A stretch of 64,000 nt of DNA from a virus. A program made the translations under genes and the position numbers. Of the stretch, positions 9,735-22,657 are shown in pieces. The notes under the pieces were generated by a model. The model had not been told where the DNA came from, ran no database searches, and saw only the letters and a program-made list of their open reading frames with translations. Position 1 is the first letter of the stretch, and each line of letters starts with the position of its first letter. The stretch is taken from the IMG/VR virus record IMGVR_UViG_3300027631_002653, positions 11,071 through 75,070 of that record. One strand, 5' to 3'.

Positions 9735-9783
9735 TAGTATATGTATAACCGCACACAAAGTTATGAAGAAATAGAACCTTAGG

Positions 9784-9813
9784 GTTGGCTATATGAAGGA
9801 AATTTCGTATATT
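9784..9813 (+). promoter_or_regulatory. phage promoter
   Basis: GTTGG-N17-CGTATATT. Confidence 0.75.
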
Positions 9814-9837
9814 CACGTATAATAAAAAATCAAAGTT

Positions 9838-10155
9838 ATGACAAAAGAAAAAGAAGAATCAACAATCACCACAATTCGCGATCCAAGAATCGAACCTTAT
9901 TTTATTGGTAAGGACTCTCATTGTTACACAGTATACGAAACTATCACTCCTGATATACGTTATACTGAAGACAACAAACCAGGTAAAGAATATGTTAAGG
10001 CCTTAGGTCATTATGGTAACTTTGGTTCTTGTCTAAAAGTAATCGCTCGTAATAAAACAAATGACAAACAAAATTACGAGTCAATTACAGAATATCTTGA
10101 AACATACAAACAAACAGAAAAATTAATCAACGAACTAATAAACACAGGAATCTAA
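9838..10155 (+). CDS. hypothetical protein
   Basis: ORF behind a conserved promoter. Confidence 0.7.
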   Translation: MTKEKEESTITTIRDPRIEPYFIGKDSHCYTVYETITPDIRYTEDNKPGKEYVKALGHYGNFGSCLKVIARNKTNDKQNYESITEYLETYKQTEKLINELINTGI

Positions 10156-10157
10156 AC

Positions 10158-12067
<1,910 letters not shown>

Positions 12068-12083
12068 TTTTTAGATTAATTAA

Positions 12084-12284
12084 ATGAGAGACGCAGTAGA
12101 CTTATTAGGAAAAACACTACTTATAGAAGAAATAAATTACATAATTGAAAAAATGTATTTTGTTCCCGGTGCAATATCTAAAGAACATTATTTGTACTTT
12201 AAATTACAAAAAGAAGATGGATGTTTTGTAAATTATTCCTATTATAGTCTACTGCCTTATATTAAAAAACAAATCAGGTTATGA
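12084..12284 (+). CDS. hypothetical protein
   Basis: ORF in operon. Confidence 0.5.
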   Translation: MRDAVDLLGKTLLIEEINYIIEKMYFVPGAISKEHYLYFKLQKEDGCFVNYSYYSLLPYIKKQIRL

Positions 12285-12532
12285 AAAAAGAAGTAGAAAA
12301 AAATATTAAAATTGCTGATAGAGTTCCTCCTGGAGACAGGTGGCAAGTAACGGGGGTTAAAGAAATTCAACCCTCACTTACTGATGCTTTAAATGCTTAT
12401 TATGTTTCATCAACTGTAAAACCTCAAGCATTTAGGCTTGAACCCTTAAAAGGAATGTTGTATATTATCACAACGGAGGAGGTAGAAGTACTTCAACCAA
12501 AACCCAAAACATTTAATTTATACGGAGAGTAA
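12281..12532 (+). CDS. hypothetical protein
   Basis: Coupled ORF. Confidence 0.65.
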   Translation: MKKEVEKNIKIADRVPPGDRWQVTGVKEIQPSLTDALNAYYVSSTVKPQAFRLEPLKGMLYIITTEEVEVLQPKPKTFNLYGE

Positions 12533-13464
12533 TGAGTAGAAAAGAACATACATTATGGGTTGAACTCTATAGACCTAAAGTATTAGAAGATTATGTCGGT
12601 AACGAAAATATTAAAAAAACAATCCAACAATATCTAAACCAAAATGATATTCAAAATTTTATTTTCTATGGTCCAGCTGGAACTGGTAAAACTACTCTTG
12701 CTAAGCTCATTATTGGTAATCTTGATTGTGATTATATCTATATTAACGCTTCCGATGAGCGTGGTATTGAGACTATTAGAGATAAGGTACAAGGTTTCGC
12801 GTCTACTGCTTCTTTTAAGCCGCTCAAAGTTATCATCTTGGATGAGGCTGATTTCCTTACTATACAAGCTCAAGCGTCGCTCCGAAATATAATTGAAACA
12901 TTTTCACGTACTACAAGATTTATTTTAACTTGTAATTATGTTGAACGTATTATCGATCCTCTCCAATCACGTTGTCAGGTACTTAAGATTGTTCCACCTT
13001 CAAAAATAGATGTAGCAAAACACATAGCTGGTATTTTAGAGAAAGAAAATGCTGAGTATGATATTAATGATTTAAAATCAGTTGTAAATCAATTTTATCC
13101 TGACCTTCGTAAGATACTTAATACATTACAATTAAGTAACCATGATGGTAAAATTACAATGGATAAATCATTACTTGTATCTAATAGCTACATGACTCAG
13201 GTTGTAAAAGAATTACAAGCAAAATCACCCAATTGGAGAACAATTAGACAAATTATTGCTGATGCTAATGTAAATGATTTTGAAGAACTGTATAGATACC
13301 TGTATGATAATGCAAGTGATTATGCTTCTGGCAATGAGGGTATGGTTGCAATTTACATTAATGAATACACGTATCAATCGAATTTTAGAATTGATAAAGA
13401 AATAAATTGTATGGCTTTAATTAGCCGATTAATTGAATTAGCAAAACCACAATTAATAAAATAA
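12532..13464 (+). CDS. clamp loader AAA+ subunit (RFC/gp44-like)
   Basis: WVELYRP, GPAGTGKTT, NASDERG, ILDEAD, SRC. Confidence 0.95.
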   Translation: MSRKEHTLWVELYRPKVLEDYVGNENIKKTIQQYLNQNDIQNFIFYGPAGTGKTTLAKLIIGNLDCDYIYINASDERGIETIRDKVQGFASTASFKPLKVIILDEADFLTIQAQASLRNIIETFSRTTRFILTCNYVERIIDPLQSRCQVLKIVPPSKIDVAKHIAGILEKENAEYDINDLKSVVNQFYPDLRKILNTLQLSNHDGKITMDKSLLVSNSYMTQVVKELQAKSPNWRTIRQIIADANVNDFEELYRYLYDNASDYASGNEGMVAIYINEYTYQSNFRIDKEINCMALISRLIELAKPQLIK

Positions 13465-13467
13465 AAT

Positions 13468-13680
13468 ATGAAACATTTCACATTTTATCTTTTAACTTGG
13501 ATATCTCAAAATTTATCTGTACCGTTCTGGATGGTAGGACATGTTCATTTAACTATGAATGTGTATCAAGACATACATGAAATCCTTATGTCATTTGGTA
13601 TGAATATTATAGTAGCAATTGGATTTTATTTAGATTATAAAAAATATAAAAATGAACAAACAACAACAACAAAGTCTTAA
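13468..13680 (+). CDS. small membrane protein
   Basis: Two hydrophobic segments. Confidence 0.55.
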   Translation: MKHFTFYLLTWISQNLSVPFWMVGHVHLTMNVYQDIHEILMSFGMNIIVAIGFYLDYKKYKNEQTTTTKS

Positions 13681-13897
13681 TATTGATATTAAGAACACAA
13701 CCCCAGTATTATCTCCTGATGGAAATGCTGTATTTCAAGAAGGTGTAATTTTACGAAAAGTATCTCGTTTTGTAACAGGAACATCTGAAGATGGAATTAT
13801 TCCAGTACCATGTTTTTTTGATGTGATTACTGGTAAACCATTATTAGAAATGCTTCCTAAAGAATTAAGAGATGAGTTCAGCGATGACAATATTTAA
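13652..13897 (+). CDS. hypothetical protein
   Basis: ORF in replication operon. Confidence 0.65.
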   Translation: MNKQQQQSLNIDIKNTTPVLSPDGNAVFQEGVILRKVSRFVTGTSEDGIIPVPCFFDVITGKPLLEMLPKELRDEFSDDNI

Positions 13898-14306
13898 TTG
13901 GCTAGAACAAATCACTTACGAAAAAAAAGATTGGAAGAGTTTTACAGAAGATCAGCAATCTTCGTTTAATTCTTACATGGTTCATAGATTTTTGAGTATG
14001 TATGAGGGATATATTGATATAACAAATGTTGTACAAAAATTCCCTTATACTGAAAAAGAAACCATCTATAACACATACAAGTCTATGATACCAAAAAAGA
14101 AAATGTTTTTAAAATACATTAAAACTACTCGTAAAAAAACATCTGATTCATTACTAGTTCATATTGCTGATTACTTTACGTGTGGGCTTGGAGAAGCAGA
14201 AGAATTTACATATATTTTACGAAAAGAAGGTGTACATCATATTCTTTCACAACGTGGTATTGAAGAAAAAGAAATTAAAAAGTTATTAAAAGATTTAGTT
14301 ATATGA
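13884..14306 (+). CDS. clamp loader small subunit (gp62-like)
   Basis: FNSYMVHRFLSM...IPKKKMFLKYIK pattern; position after gp44-like gene. Confidence 0.7.
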   Translation: MTIFNWLEQITYEKKDWKSFTEDQQSSFNSYMVHRFLSMYEGYIDITNVVQKFPYTEKETIYNTYKSMIPKKKMFLKYIKTTRKKTSDSLLVHIADYFTCGLGEAEEFTYILRKEGVHHILSQRGIEEKEIKKLLKDLVI

Positions 14307-14713
14307 CAAAAAACTCAGAAATATGGGGAGGTGTAACATTCAACTCTCAACCTTCTTTAAACCTAACAGGAACTAAAAAAGCAGTTGTTGATTTTGAAAA
14401 TACTTATCCAACACTAGCAGAAGCTTGGAAAGTAACTCAACAAGAACAATATGAGTTGTTTGCTGAAAAAATGATGGATTATGGTTTATCTAATATTTCA
14501 TTAGGTACTAATCTTGAAGAAGCAGAAGATATTAATTTATCATTAACTGGTATTTGGCTTCGTTGTAATGATAAAATCAATCGTTTAAAAAATATGTTAA
14601 AACGTAAAGGTCATAATTATGTTCAAAATGAACCAATGATTGATAGCTTTATAGATATTTCTAACTATGGCATCATTGCTCAGTTAGTGATGAAAGGTAA
14701 ATGGAAAAAATAA
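14303..14713 (+). CDS. DUF1599 / nucleotide-modification-associated domain protein
   Basis: K..DYG, R..DKINRL, E...DSFIDISNYGII pattern. Confidence 0.7.
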   Translation: MTKNSEIWGGVTFNSQPSLNLTGTKKAVVDFENTYPTLAEAWKVTQQEQYELFAEKMMDYGLSNISLGTNLEEAEDINLSLTGIWLRCNDKINRLKNMLKRKGHNYVQNEPMIDSFIDISNYGIIAQLVMKGKWKK

Positions 14714-14716
14714 GAT

Positions 14717-15247
14717 ATGCCAACTAGTTTACACCTCCACAAAGACGCAATTTTCGAACATATTCGTACTGTTGTTTTAGAATATTTACCTAAACGTTAT
14801 AAAATTTTAGATGTAGGTCCAGGCATTGGAATTTACGGAAGCAACTTACAAGATTTAAATATTGATGCTGTTGAAATCCATGAACCATATATTGAACAAT
14901 ATAAAATTAAAAGATACTATAAAAATGTATTTGTAGGAAATATTTTAGAATTTAACTATGATGATTATGATTATATTATTATTGGAGATGTTTTAGAACA
15001 TATCCATGTTGAAGCAGCTCAAAAATTAATTAAAGATATTACCTTAAAAGGTATTAAATGTTTAGTAGCAGTTCCATTTAATTGTCCTCAAGATGCTGTA
15101 GATGGAGTAGAATCTGAAATCCACCACCAACCAGATCTAACCCCTAGAATAATGAGATCAAGATATCCAGAATTAGAAGTATATTTAAGTACTAATATGA
15201 CTGATGGATATGCCTACTACACAAATTACCTTAAATGGATTAAATAA
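14717..15247 (+). CDS. class I SAM-dependent methyltransferase
   Basis: ILDVGPGIG and GDVLEH motifs. Confidence 0.85.
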   Translation: MPTSLHLHKDAIFEHIRTVVLEYLPKRYKILDVGPGIGIYGSNLQDLNIDAVEIHEPYIEQYKIKRYYKNVFVGNILEFNYDDYDYIIIGDVLEHIHVEAAQKLIKDITLKGIKCLVAVPFNCPQDAVDGVESEIHHQPDLTPRIMRSRYPELEVYLSTNMTDGYAYYTNYLKWIK

Positions 15248-15253
15248 AAAGTT

Positions 15254-16207
15254 TTGAGTAGAAAGAAAAAAATACCACAAATAGTAAAACAAATACAGAA
15301 ACAACCACTACGAGAATTAAATTATGCTTTTGAAAAAGCAATATCTTATAGTCAATTTTCAGTATTTGCTCATTGTCCTCGTAAATGGAGTTTACAGTAT
15401 AGGGACGGTCACTACACGTCAGAATCATCGATTCATATGACATTTGGTACAGCGATGCATGAAACTTTACAGCATTATATAACAACTATATACAACGTTA
15501 GTGGCGCTGAAGCTGACCGCATTGACCTAGAAGAATATTTTTATGATAAATTGGGTGAAATTTATAGAAAAGATCTTAAATCAAATAAAAATGTCCATTT
15601 TACAAATCCAGAAGAATTAAATGAGTTTTACGAGGATGGACTTGAAATAATTAGGTATATTAAGAAAAAACGTAATGGTTATTTTAGTAAACGAGGATGG
15701 CATTTAATTGGGTGTGAAATACCTCTTATGGTTAATCCAAACCCTCAATACTCAAATATTTTATATAAAGGATATTTAGACTTAGTATTATATCACGAAG
15801 CTACTAATAAATTTAAAATATTTGATATTAAAACATCTACTAGAGGATGGGGTGATAAAGAGAAAAAAGATGAAATTAAACAATATCAACTTATACTCTA
15901 TAAAAAATTCTTTGCCCAACAGTTTAACGTTCCTATTGACGATATTGAAATTGAATTCTTTATTGTTAAACGTAAAGTCTGGGAACAATCCGAATTTCCA
16001 ATATCTAGAATTCAAGAATTTAGACCAGTATCTGGTAAAGTTAAATTAAATAAAGCATATACAGCAATAAATGATTTTGTTGGTATAGCATTTAATCCAA
16101 ACGGAACACATAATACTAAAATACATTTACCAAATCCATCCGTACATAATTGTAAATTTTGCCCTTTTAAAGATAATAAAGAGTTGTGTGATAAGGGGTT
16201 ACTTTAA
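15254..16207 (+). CDS. PD-(D/E)XK nuclease (RecB/Cas4-like)
   Basis: SYSQ..CPRKW, FGTAMH, GYLDL, DIKT, QLILY, C-terminal CKFCPF...C; TTG start. Confidence 0.85.
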   Translation: MSRKKKIPQIVKQIQKQPLRELNYAFEKAISYSQFSVFAHCPRKWSLQYRDGHYTSESSIHMTFGTAMHETLQHYITTIYNVSGAEADRIDLEEYFYDKLGEIYRKDLKSNKNVHFTNPEELNEFYEDGLEIIRYIKKKRNGYFSKRGWHLIGCEIPLMVNPNPQYSNILYKGYLDLVLYHEATNKFKIFDIKTSTRGWGDKEKKDEIKQYQLILYKKFFAQQFNVPIDDIEIEFFIVKRKVWEQSEFPISRIQEFRPVSGKVKLNKAYTAINDFVGIAFNPNGTHNTKIHLPNPSVHNCKFCPFKDNKELCDKGLL

Positions 16208-16251
16208 GGAATCTACATATATTTATATATATAAAAATAATAATAAAAGCT

Positions 16252-16443
16252 ATGGAAAAAAAAGATATGACGTTAACAAGCGTAAAAGTAAAAAGCGACT
16301 TGTTTGACAACTTTAAAATTGCTTGTGTAAAATACAAATTTTCACTACAAAAACTTGCCGACCGTACAATCCATTTGTACCTTACCGATGATGATTTTAG
16401 AAAAAAAGTACATAACCACAACAATTTAGACATTAAAGAATAA
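16252..16443 (+). CDS. small DNA-binding protein (ribbon-helix-helix-like)
   Basis: LTSVKV strand followed by two helices. Confidence 0.55.
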   Translation: MEKKDMTLTSVKVKSDLFDNFKIACVKYKFSLQKLADRTIHLYLTDDDFRKKVHNHNNLDIKE

Positions 16444-16464
16444 ATAAACAACCAAATTAGTTAT

Positions 16465-17910
16465 ATGAATAATAGTTTTAAATATCTGCCAAAAGAGCAG
16501 CGTAAAAAAATTCTACTCATCTGTGATGACATCAGAGTCCATTCAGGGGTAGCAACAGTAGGAAGAGAAATAGTAATTCAAACCTCTCAACATTTTAATT
16601 GGGTTAATATTGGTGGAGCTATTAAACATCCCGAAGAAGGTAAACGTTTAGATTTATCTCAATCAACCAACGAAGCAATAGGAATAACAGATTCCTCTGT
16701 TACAATGTATCCTGTAAATGATTATGGTAATCCTGATATTTTAAGGAATCTTATCAAATTTGAAAAACCAGATGCGATTATGTTAATTACAGATCCTCGT
16801 TATTTCCTTTGGTTATTTGCTATGGAAAATGAAATTCGTAAATCAATTCCAATTACTTATTTAAATATTTGGGATGATTATCCAGCACCTTTATATAATA
16901 AACCTTATTATGAAGCTTGTGATTTATTGATGGGGATTTCTAAACAAACTGTAAACATTAATAAACTGGTATTAGACGATAAATCTAATAGTAGAATTGT
17001 TAAATATGTTCCTCATGGATTAAATGATAAAAATATATTTCCTATTGATTCTAATCATGAAAAATGGAGCGAACTTCAGGAATTTAAAAAACAATTATTT
17101 AAGGGTAAACAATATGAATTTGTTTTATTATTTAACTCAAGAAATATTAGACGTAAACAAATTCCAGATACAATGTTAGCTTATAGGTATTTTATTGATC
17201 AATTACCAATTGAACAAGCTAAAAAATGTTGTTTATTACTTCATACAGAATTAGTAACTGAACACGGAACTGATCTTCCAGCAGTACAAGAATTATTATT
17301 AAATGGTGAGCAATATAATGTTGTTTTTACAAATCAAGTATTTAATAATTATCAGATGAATTTATTATATAATAGTACTGATTGTCAAATTCAATTAACA
17401 TCAAATGAAGGGTGGGGATTAAGTTTAACTGAAGCTATGTTAGTAGGTAATCCAATTATTGCTAACGTAACAGGTGGTATGCAAGATCAAATGCGTTTTG
17501 AATTTGAAGATGGTACTTGGATTGATTTTGATGCTGATTTCCCTTCAAATCATAGAGGTACAATTAAAAAGCACGGTGAGTGGGCCTTCCCCGTTTACCC
17601 AACCTCCCGCTCAATTGTAGGTTCCCCTCCAACACCTTATATTTACGATGATAGATGCGAATCAGAAGATGCAGCTGAACAAATTATGGCTGTTTATTCT
17701 TTAAGTAAAGAAGAACGTAAAGCTAAAGGTTTAAAAGGTAGAGAATGGGCATTAAGTGATGAAGCTGGATTTACAGGAGAACATCAAGGTAAAAGAGTTA
17801 TTGAGGCATTTGATGAATTATTTGCTACTTGGAAACCAAGAGAAAAATTTGAATTAATTGATGTTAATGAAGTAAAAGATAGAGTTATAAACCATAAATT
17901 ATTATATTAA
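16465..17910 (+). CDS. GT-B (GT4-like) glycosyltransferase
   Basis: SGVATV, RNIRRK, EGWGLSLTEAM. Confidence 0.88.
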   Translation: MNNSFKYLPKEQRKKILLICDDIRVHSGVATVGREIVIQTSQHFNWVNIGGAIKHPEEGKRLDLSQSTNEAIGITDSSVTMYPVNDYGNPDILRNLIKFEKPDAIMLITDPRYFLWLFAMENEIRKSIPITYLNIWDDYPAPLYNKPYYEACDLLMGISKQTVNINKLVLDDKSNSRIVKYVPHGLNDKNIFPIDSNHEKWSELQEFKKQLFKGKQYEFVLLFNSRNIRRKQIPDTMLAYRYFIDQLPIEQAKKCCLLLHTELVTEHGTDLPAVQELLLNGEQYNVVFTNQVFNNYQMNLLYNSTDCQIQLTSNEGWGLSLTEAMLVGNPIIANVTGGMQDQMRFEFEDGTWIDFDADFPSNHRGTIKKHGEWAFPVYPTSRSIVGSPPTPYIYDDRCESEDAAEQIMAVYSLSKEERKAKGLKGREWALSDEAGFTGEHQGKRVIEAFDELFATWKPREKFELIDVNEVKDRVINHKLLY

Positions 17911-17911
17911 G

Positions 17912-19204
17912 ATGAAACCATTATTTGTTATAAGTTCACCATTTGATACGTACTCTGGATATGGTGCTAGAAGTCGTGATTTAATTAAAGCCATTATTGA
18001 AACAGATAAATATAACGTTAGGCTTATGTCTCAACGTTGGGGAAATACACCCTTTGGATTTTGTGACGATAATCCTGAATGGAAATTTTTGATTGATTTA
18101 ACCCTAATTAATAATCAACTTACACAACAACCAGATATTTGGGCTCAAGTAACTGTACCTAATGAATTTCAACCAGTAGGAAAATATAATATTGGTTTTA
18201 CAGCTGGTATTGAAAGTACATTATGTGCCGCTGAATGGATTGAAGGTTGTAATAGAATGGATTTAAATATTGTTTCATCTGAACATTCTAAAAAAGTATT
18301 TAAAGAGTCTAAATACGAGAAAAGAAATAAACAAACAAACGATATTGAAGGAATGGTTGAATTAACTAAACCAATGGAAGTATTATTTGAAGGTGCTAAC
18401 ACAGATATCTATAAAGTAATTAATACACCTTGTTCATTAGATATTAAAATTAAAGAAGATTTTGCTTATTTATTTGTAGGTCATTGGATGCCAGGTGATT
18501 TAGGTGAAGATAGAAAAAATGTAGGTTTATTAGTTAAAGCGTTTTATGAAACATTTAAAAATAAAACTAAAAAACCAGCATTAATTTTAAAAACATCTCA
18601 AGTAGGTTCATCTTATATTGATAGAGACGAAATTTTAAAGAAAATTAAACAAATTCGTAAAACAGTCAATTCAGATAATCTTCCCAAAATTTATCTTTTA
18701 CATGGTGAATTTACAGATATTGAAATGAATGAAATTTATAATCATTCTAAAGTAAAAGCAATGGTTAATTTAACTAAAGGTGAAGGTTTTGGTCGTCCAT
18801 TACTTGAATTCAGTTTAATTAAAAAACCAATTATAACAACAGGATGGAGTGGACATATAGATTTCTTAAATCAAGAATTCACAAATTTAATTAAAGGTCA
18901 ATTAACTAATGTTCATCCAAGTACAGCTAATCAATTTTTATTAACTGAATCACAATGGTTTTCACCTGATCATGGTCAAGTAGGTTTTTATTTAAAAGAT
19001 GTATTTGAAAATTATAAAAAATATACTGAGGGGGCTAAACGTCAAGCATTTAAAAGCAAAAGCGAGTTTAGTTGGGATAAAATGAAAGATAAAATAAGCG
19101 AAATTTTAATTACAAATATTCCAAATTTCCCAACTCAAGTAGAATTAAAACTACCTCAATTAAAAAAAGTAGAATTACCTAAATTACAAAAAATAAATGG
19201 ATAA
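17912..19204 (+). CDS. GT-B (GT4-like) glycosyltransferase
   Basis: SGYG, DRKN, GEGFGRPLLE. Confidence 0.88.
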   Translation: MKPLFVISSPFDTYSGYGARSRDLIKAIIETDKYNVRLMSQRWGNTPFGFCDDNPEWKFLIDLTLINNQLTQQPDIWAQVTVPNEFQPVGKYNIGFTAGIESTLCAAEWIEGCNRMDLNIVSSEHSKKVFKESKYEKRNKQTNDIEGMVELTKPMEVLFEGANTDIYKVINTPCSLDIKIKEDFAYLFVGHWMPGDLGEDRKNVGLLVKAFYETFKNKTKKPALILKTSQVGSSYIDRDEILKKIKQIRKTVNSDNLPKIYLLHGEFTDIEMNEIYNHSKVKAMVNLTKGEGFGRPLLEFSLIKKPIITTGWSGHIDFLNQEFTNLIKGQLTNVHPSTANQFLLTESQWFSPDHGQVGFYLKDVFENYKKYTEGAKRQAFKSKSEFSWDKMKDKISEILITNIPNFPTQVELKLPQLKKVELPKLQKING

Positions 19205-19652
19205 ATTAACTAATTGCCCTTGTTGTGGCTCGGATGCTTGTTTCGTAGATGAAACTACTCCTGACATTTTAACTTACTTTTGTTATGGATGTGGTTTTCA
19301 GACCAATTCATTGATGAAAGAAGGAGAAGAATTTTATGAACAACAAATTTTAATGTTACCTGAACTTTATAAAGATTTACTTAATAAAGATGATGATGGG
19401 ACTGTTTGGATGCCTTCAACAATCAATTTACCTCAACAAGGTATGGTTTTTGCTAATGGTCCTTCTAAAGATGATTGGGGTTGGGCTGCTGTAAAAGCTG
19501 TTCCTGTTAAGGAAGAAGAAAAAGAAAAATATCCAATTCCAAATCAAAAAGGTAAATTTTATGAGTGGAGAATGGATATGACTACATTAAAAATGTTTGT
19601 TAAGCGTGACTATATGGAAGCACTTTCATACATTGGTGTGTTACCTGAGTAA
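19197..19652 (+). CDS. zinc-ribbon hypothetical protein
   Basis: CPCC...CYGCG. Confidence 0.65.
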   Translation: MDKLTNCPCCGSDACFVDETTPDILTYFCYGCGFQTNSLMKEGEEFYEQQILMLPELYKDLLNKDDDGTVWMPSTINLPQQGMVFANGPSKDDWGWAAVKAVPVKEEEKEKYPIPNQKGKFYEWRMDMTTLKMFVKRDYMEALSYIGVLPE

Positions 19653-19653
19653 T

Positions 19654-20271
19654 ATGAAGATAAGCTATGCAATAACAGTTTGTAATGAATTGAAGGAGAT
19701 TAAACGTTTAGTTGATTTCCTTCTTTCTAACAAACGTAAAGAAGATGAGATAGTGATCCTATTCGATCAGAGTAAGGGCACTCAAGAAGTAATAACCTAT
19801 CTTGATACAATTAAAACAGAAGGATGTTTAGTAAGTAACCGCTTTGAAGGACATTTTGCAAAATGGAAGAATTTATTAACAACACACTGTACAGGAGATT
19901 ATATCTTCCAAATAGATGCTGATGAGCTTCCACATATTAATCTAATTCAAAACCTACCATCCTTATTAGAAGCAAATCCCACAGTTGATATGTTAAGAGT
20001 ACCTAGAGTAAATACTGTAGAAGGTTTAACTGAAAAACATATTAAAAAGTGGGGTTGGAATGTAAACGAGAAAGGATGGGTAAACTGGGCTGATGGGCAG
20101 ATGCGAATTTACAGAAATACTCCAAGTATTAAATGGGTTAATAAAGTACACGAAGTATTAGAGGGATATAAAACCCATGGTATGTTACCTCTTGAAGAAG
20201 AATGGGCATTATATCACCCAAAAACAATAGAAAAACAAGAAAAACAAAACAATTATTATAACACATTATGA
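19654..20271 (+). CDS. GT2 glycosyltransferase
   Basis: ISYAITVCNE, IDADE, VHE; start MKISY. Confidence 0.88.
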   Translation: MKISYAITVCNELKEIKRLVDFLLSNKRKEDEIVILFDQSKGTQEVITYLDTIKTEGCLVSNRFEGHFAKWKNLLTTHCTGDYIFQIDADELPHINLIQNLPSLLEANPTVDMLRVPRVNTVEGLTEKHIKKWGWNVNEKGWVNWADGQMRIYRNTPSIKWVNKVHEVLEGYKTHGMLPLEEEWALYHPKTIEKQEKQNNYYNTL

Positions 20272-21257
20272 AAATATTAATTACAGGAGTAGCAGGATTA
20301 ATAGGTAGCCGATTAGCAGATTGGATTACAGCAAATCATCCAGAACATGAAATTATTGGTATTGACAATTTAAGTGGTGGATATAAAAATAATATTAATT
20401 CTTATGTAAAATTTTACGAAATTGATTGTAAAGATAAAGGTATTAAAGATATTTTTGAAACCCATAAACCAGATTATGTTTATCATTTTGCTGCTTATGC
20501 TGCTGAAGGTTTATCACCCTTTATTAGAACATATAATTACCAAAACAATTTAGAAGCGACCGCAAACATTGTAAATGAGTGTATTAAACACGATGTTAAA
20601 CGTCTAGTATTCACATCAACAATGGCTGTGTATGGTCATGGTACTCCACCATTTGATGAATCACATACGCCTGCTCCAATTGATCCTTATGGAATTGCTA
20701 AGTATGCTTGTGAAATGGATATTAAAGTAGCTGGTGAACAACATGGTTTAGATTGGTGTATTATTCGTCCTCATAATGTTTATGGTAATAAACAAAATAT
20801 TTGGGACAAATATCGTAACGTATTAGGTATTTGGATGAATCAATATATGAATGATTTACCAATGTCTATTTTTGGAGATGGAGAACAAAAACGAGCATTT
20901 AGTTTTATCGATGATTGTTTAGAACCACTTTGGAAAGCAGCAGTAGATAAAAAAGCATCAAAAGAAATTATTAATTTAGGTTCTAGTGTGTTTTATACTA
21001 TTAATGAAGCTAATTCTGTATTAAGAGAAGTAATTGGTGATGGAACTTATATCCATAAAGAAGGTAGACATGAAGTAAAAGATGCTCACCCAACATGGGC
21101 TAAATCAGTTGTGTTGTTAGATTATAAAGATACAACAACATTACATGATGGTTTAGAAATAATGTGGCAGTGGGCTAAAAATCAACCAAAGAGAGAACAA
21201 TTTATTTGGGATAACTATGAGATTGAAAAAGGAATTTATACATTCTGGAAAAAGTAA
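20268..21257 (+). CDS. NAD-dependent nucleotide-sugar epimerase/dehydratase
   Basis: GVAGLIG, YGIAK, NVYG. Confidence 0.92.
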   Translation: MKILITGVAGLIGSRLADWITANHPEHEIIGIDNLSGGYKNNINSYVKFYEIDCKDKGIKDIFETHKPDYVYHFAAYAAEGLSPFIRTYNYQNNLEATANIVNECIKHDVKRLVFTSTMAVYGHGTPPFDESHTPAPIDPYGIAKYACEMDIKVAGEQHGLDWCIIRPHNVYGNKQNIWDKYRNVLGIWMNQYMNDLPMSIFGDGEQKRAFSFIDDCLEPLWKAAVDKKASKEIINLGSSVFYTINEANSVLREVIGDGTYIHKEGRHEVKDAHPTWAKSVVLLDYKDTTTLHDGLEIMWQWAKNQPKREQFIWDNYEIEKGIYTFWKK

Positions 21258-21259
21258 AA

Positions 21260-22060
21260 ATGAAATTAAAAGATTTAATTAATAAAAGTTATTATGTTGC
21301 TAATGGGTATGTAGACTCAATTGAGAGTTTGAATATGTTAGAAAAATATATAACTCATAATTTAAATGTTTTAAAAGAATTTAAAGGTGTAATTATAGCT
21401 ACTACTTATAAAGAACAAGATCCTAAATTAATAGAAACAAATAAAATACTTTGGCAACATTATGTTCCTAATAGTATTTTAATTGATATAAAAGAAAATA
21501 GAGGACATAGTTTTGGAATAGCAGATAGTGAAAATGCTTTAATTGATTATTGTAAAGAAAATGATATTGATTGGATTTGTAAATCATCAAATGATGTTAT
21601 TTTTCAAGAAATAATTTTAGATAAAGAAATTAACAATGCTGACTTTTATTATTTAGAAGGAATTGGAATTAGTGGGATGAAACCATACGATTATGATTTT
21701 GATAGAATTAAAAACGAATATTTTTATCCTCAAACCAATTTTTACTTTATAAATGTTTCTAAAATTGATTATCTATATGATAAAGATTATGTAAATGAGA
21801 CATATAAACAAATTCAACAACTAGAAAATTACAATGGAAAAATTTGGGAATATATTGAAGGATGGACTTGTGAAGATTTTTTAAAAAATTGTGTTAATAG
21901 AAATAATCTAATTAAAGAACACATAGTCCCAGATGAAAAATATACTTTATTATTACACATTGTGAAAGATAATAATATTCAAGATTCAAGTTTTAAAAAC
22001 ATTATGATAGAAGGTATATGCCATCTACAATGGCCTAATGAACCTATATTTAATATATAA
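21260..22060 (+). CDS. hypothetical protein, possible glycosyltransferase
   Basis: NRGH and SNDV motifs; inside the glycan island. Confidence 0.5.
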   Translation: MKLKDLINKSYYVANGYVDSIESLNMLEKYITHNLNVLKEFKGVIIATTYKEQDPKLIETNKILWQHYVPNSILIDIKENRGHSFGIADSENALIDYCKENDIDWICKSSNDVIFQEIILDKEINNADFYYLEGIGISGMKPYDYDFDRIKNEYFYPQTNFYFINVSKIDYLYDKDYVNETYKQIQQLENYNGKIWEYIEGWTCEDFLKNCVNRNNLIKEHIVPDEKYTLLLHIVKDNNIQDSSFKNIMIEGICHLQWPNEPIFNI

Positions 22061-22066
22061 TATAAT

Positions 22067-22657
22067 ATGAAAATAATACAAATAGGAGCTAATAATGGTA
22101 AAGATGAAGTATTTGATTTAATTAGTCAAAATAGATTTAATATAGAATTAGCAGTATTAATTGAACCTATACCTTTTATTATTGATGATTTAAAAAATCA
22201 ATATAAAGATTTAGATAATGTGTCTATAGAAAGTATAGCTATAAATGATGATCCTAATTCAACACATTTAACTTTATATTATATTGAAAATAGCAATTAT
22301 GAGGTAAGTTCTTTTAATAAAGAACATGTTATAAAACATAAACCTGAAGATGAAACAAATGAAATAAAATCATTAGATATCCCATGTATGACCTTTAATA
22401 ACATTATGGAAAAATATAGTGTAATAGATTTAGATTATCTGTTTATTGATACTGAAGGATTAGATACTTACATTATTAATTCAATTGATTTTAGTAAATA
22501 CAATATAAAAAATATTATATTTGAAACGATACATGCTGATGGTCCTTTTACTACTGGAAAAAATGCTGAAAAAACAAAAGAATATTTAATTAATATGGGC
22601 TATATGTTTAAATATAGTGAAGATGGATGGGACATAATGGCAATAAAAATAAAATGA
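22067..22657 (+). CDS. FkbM-family methyltransferase
   Basis: QIGANNG, IEP, IDTEGLD, IIFE. Confidence 0.88.
   Translation: MKIIQIGANNGKDEVFDLISQNRFNIELAVLIEPIPFIIDDLKNQYKDLDNVSIESIAINDDPNSTHLTLYYIENSNYEVSSFNKEHVIKHKPEDETNEIKSLDIPCMTFNNIMEKYSVIDLDYLFIDTEGLDTYIINSIDFSKYNIKNIIFETIHADGPFTTGKNAEKTKEYLINMGYMFKYSEDGWDIMAIKIK

Noticed and set aside
15254-16207. CRISPR-Cas system from the Cas4-like nuclease
   Set aside because: No repeat-spacer array or other cas genes; stand-alone PD-(D/E)XK nucleases are common in phages
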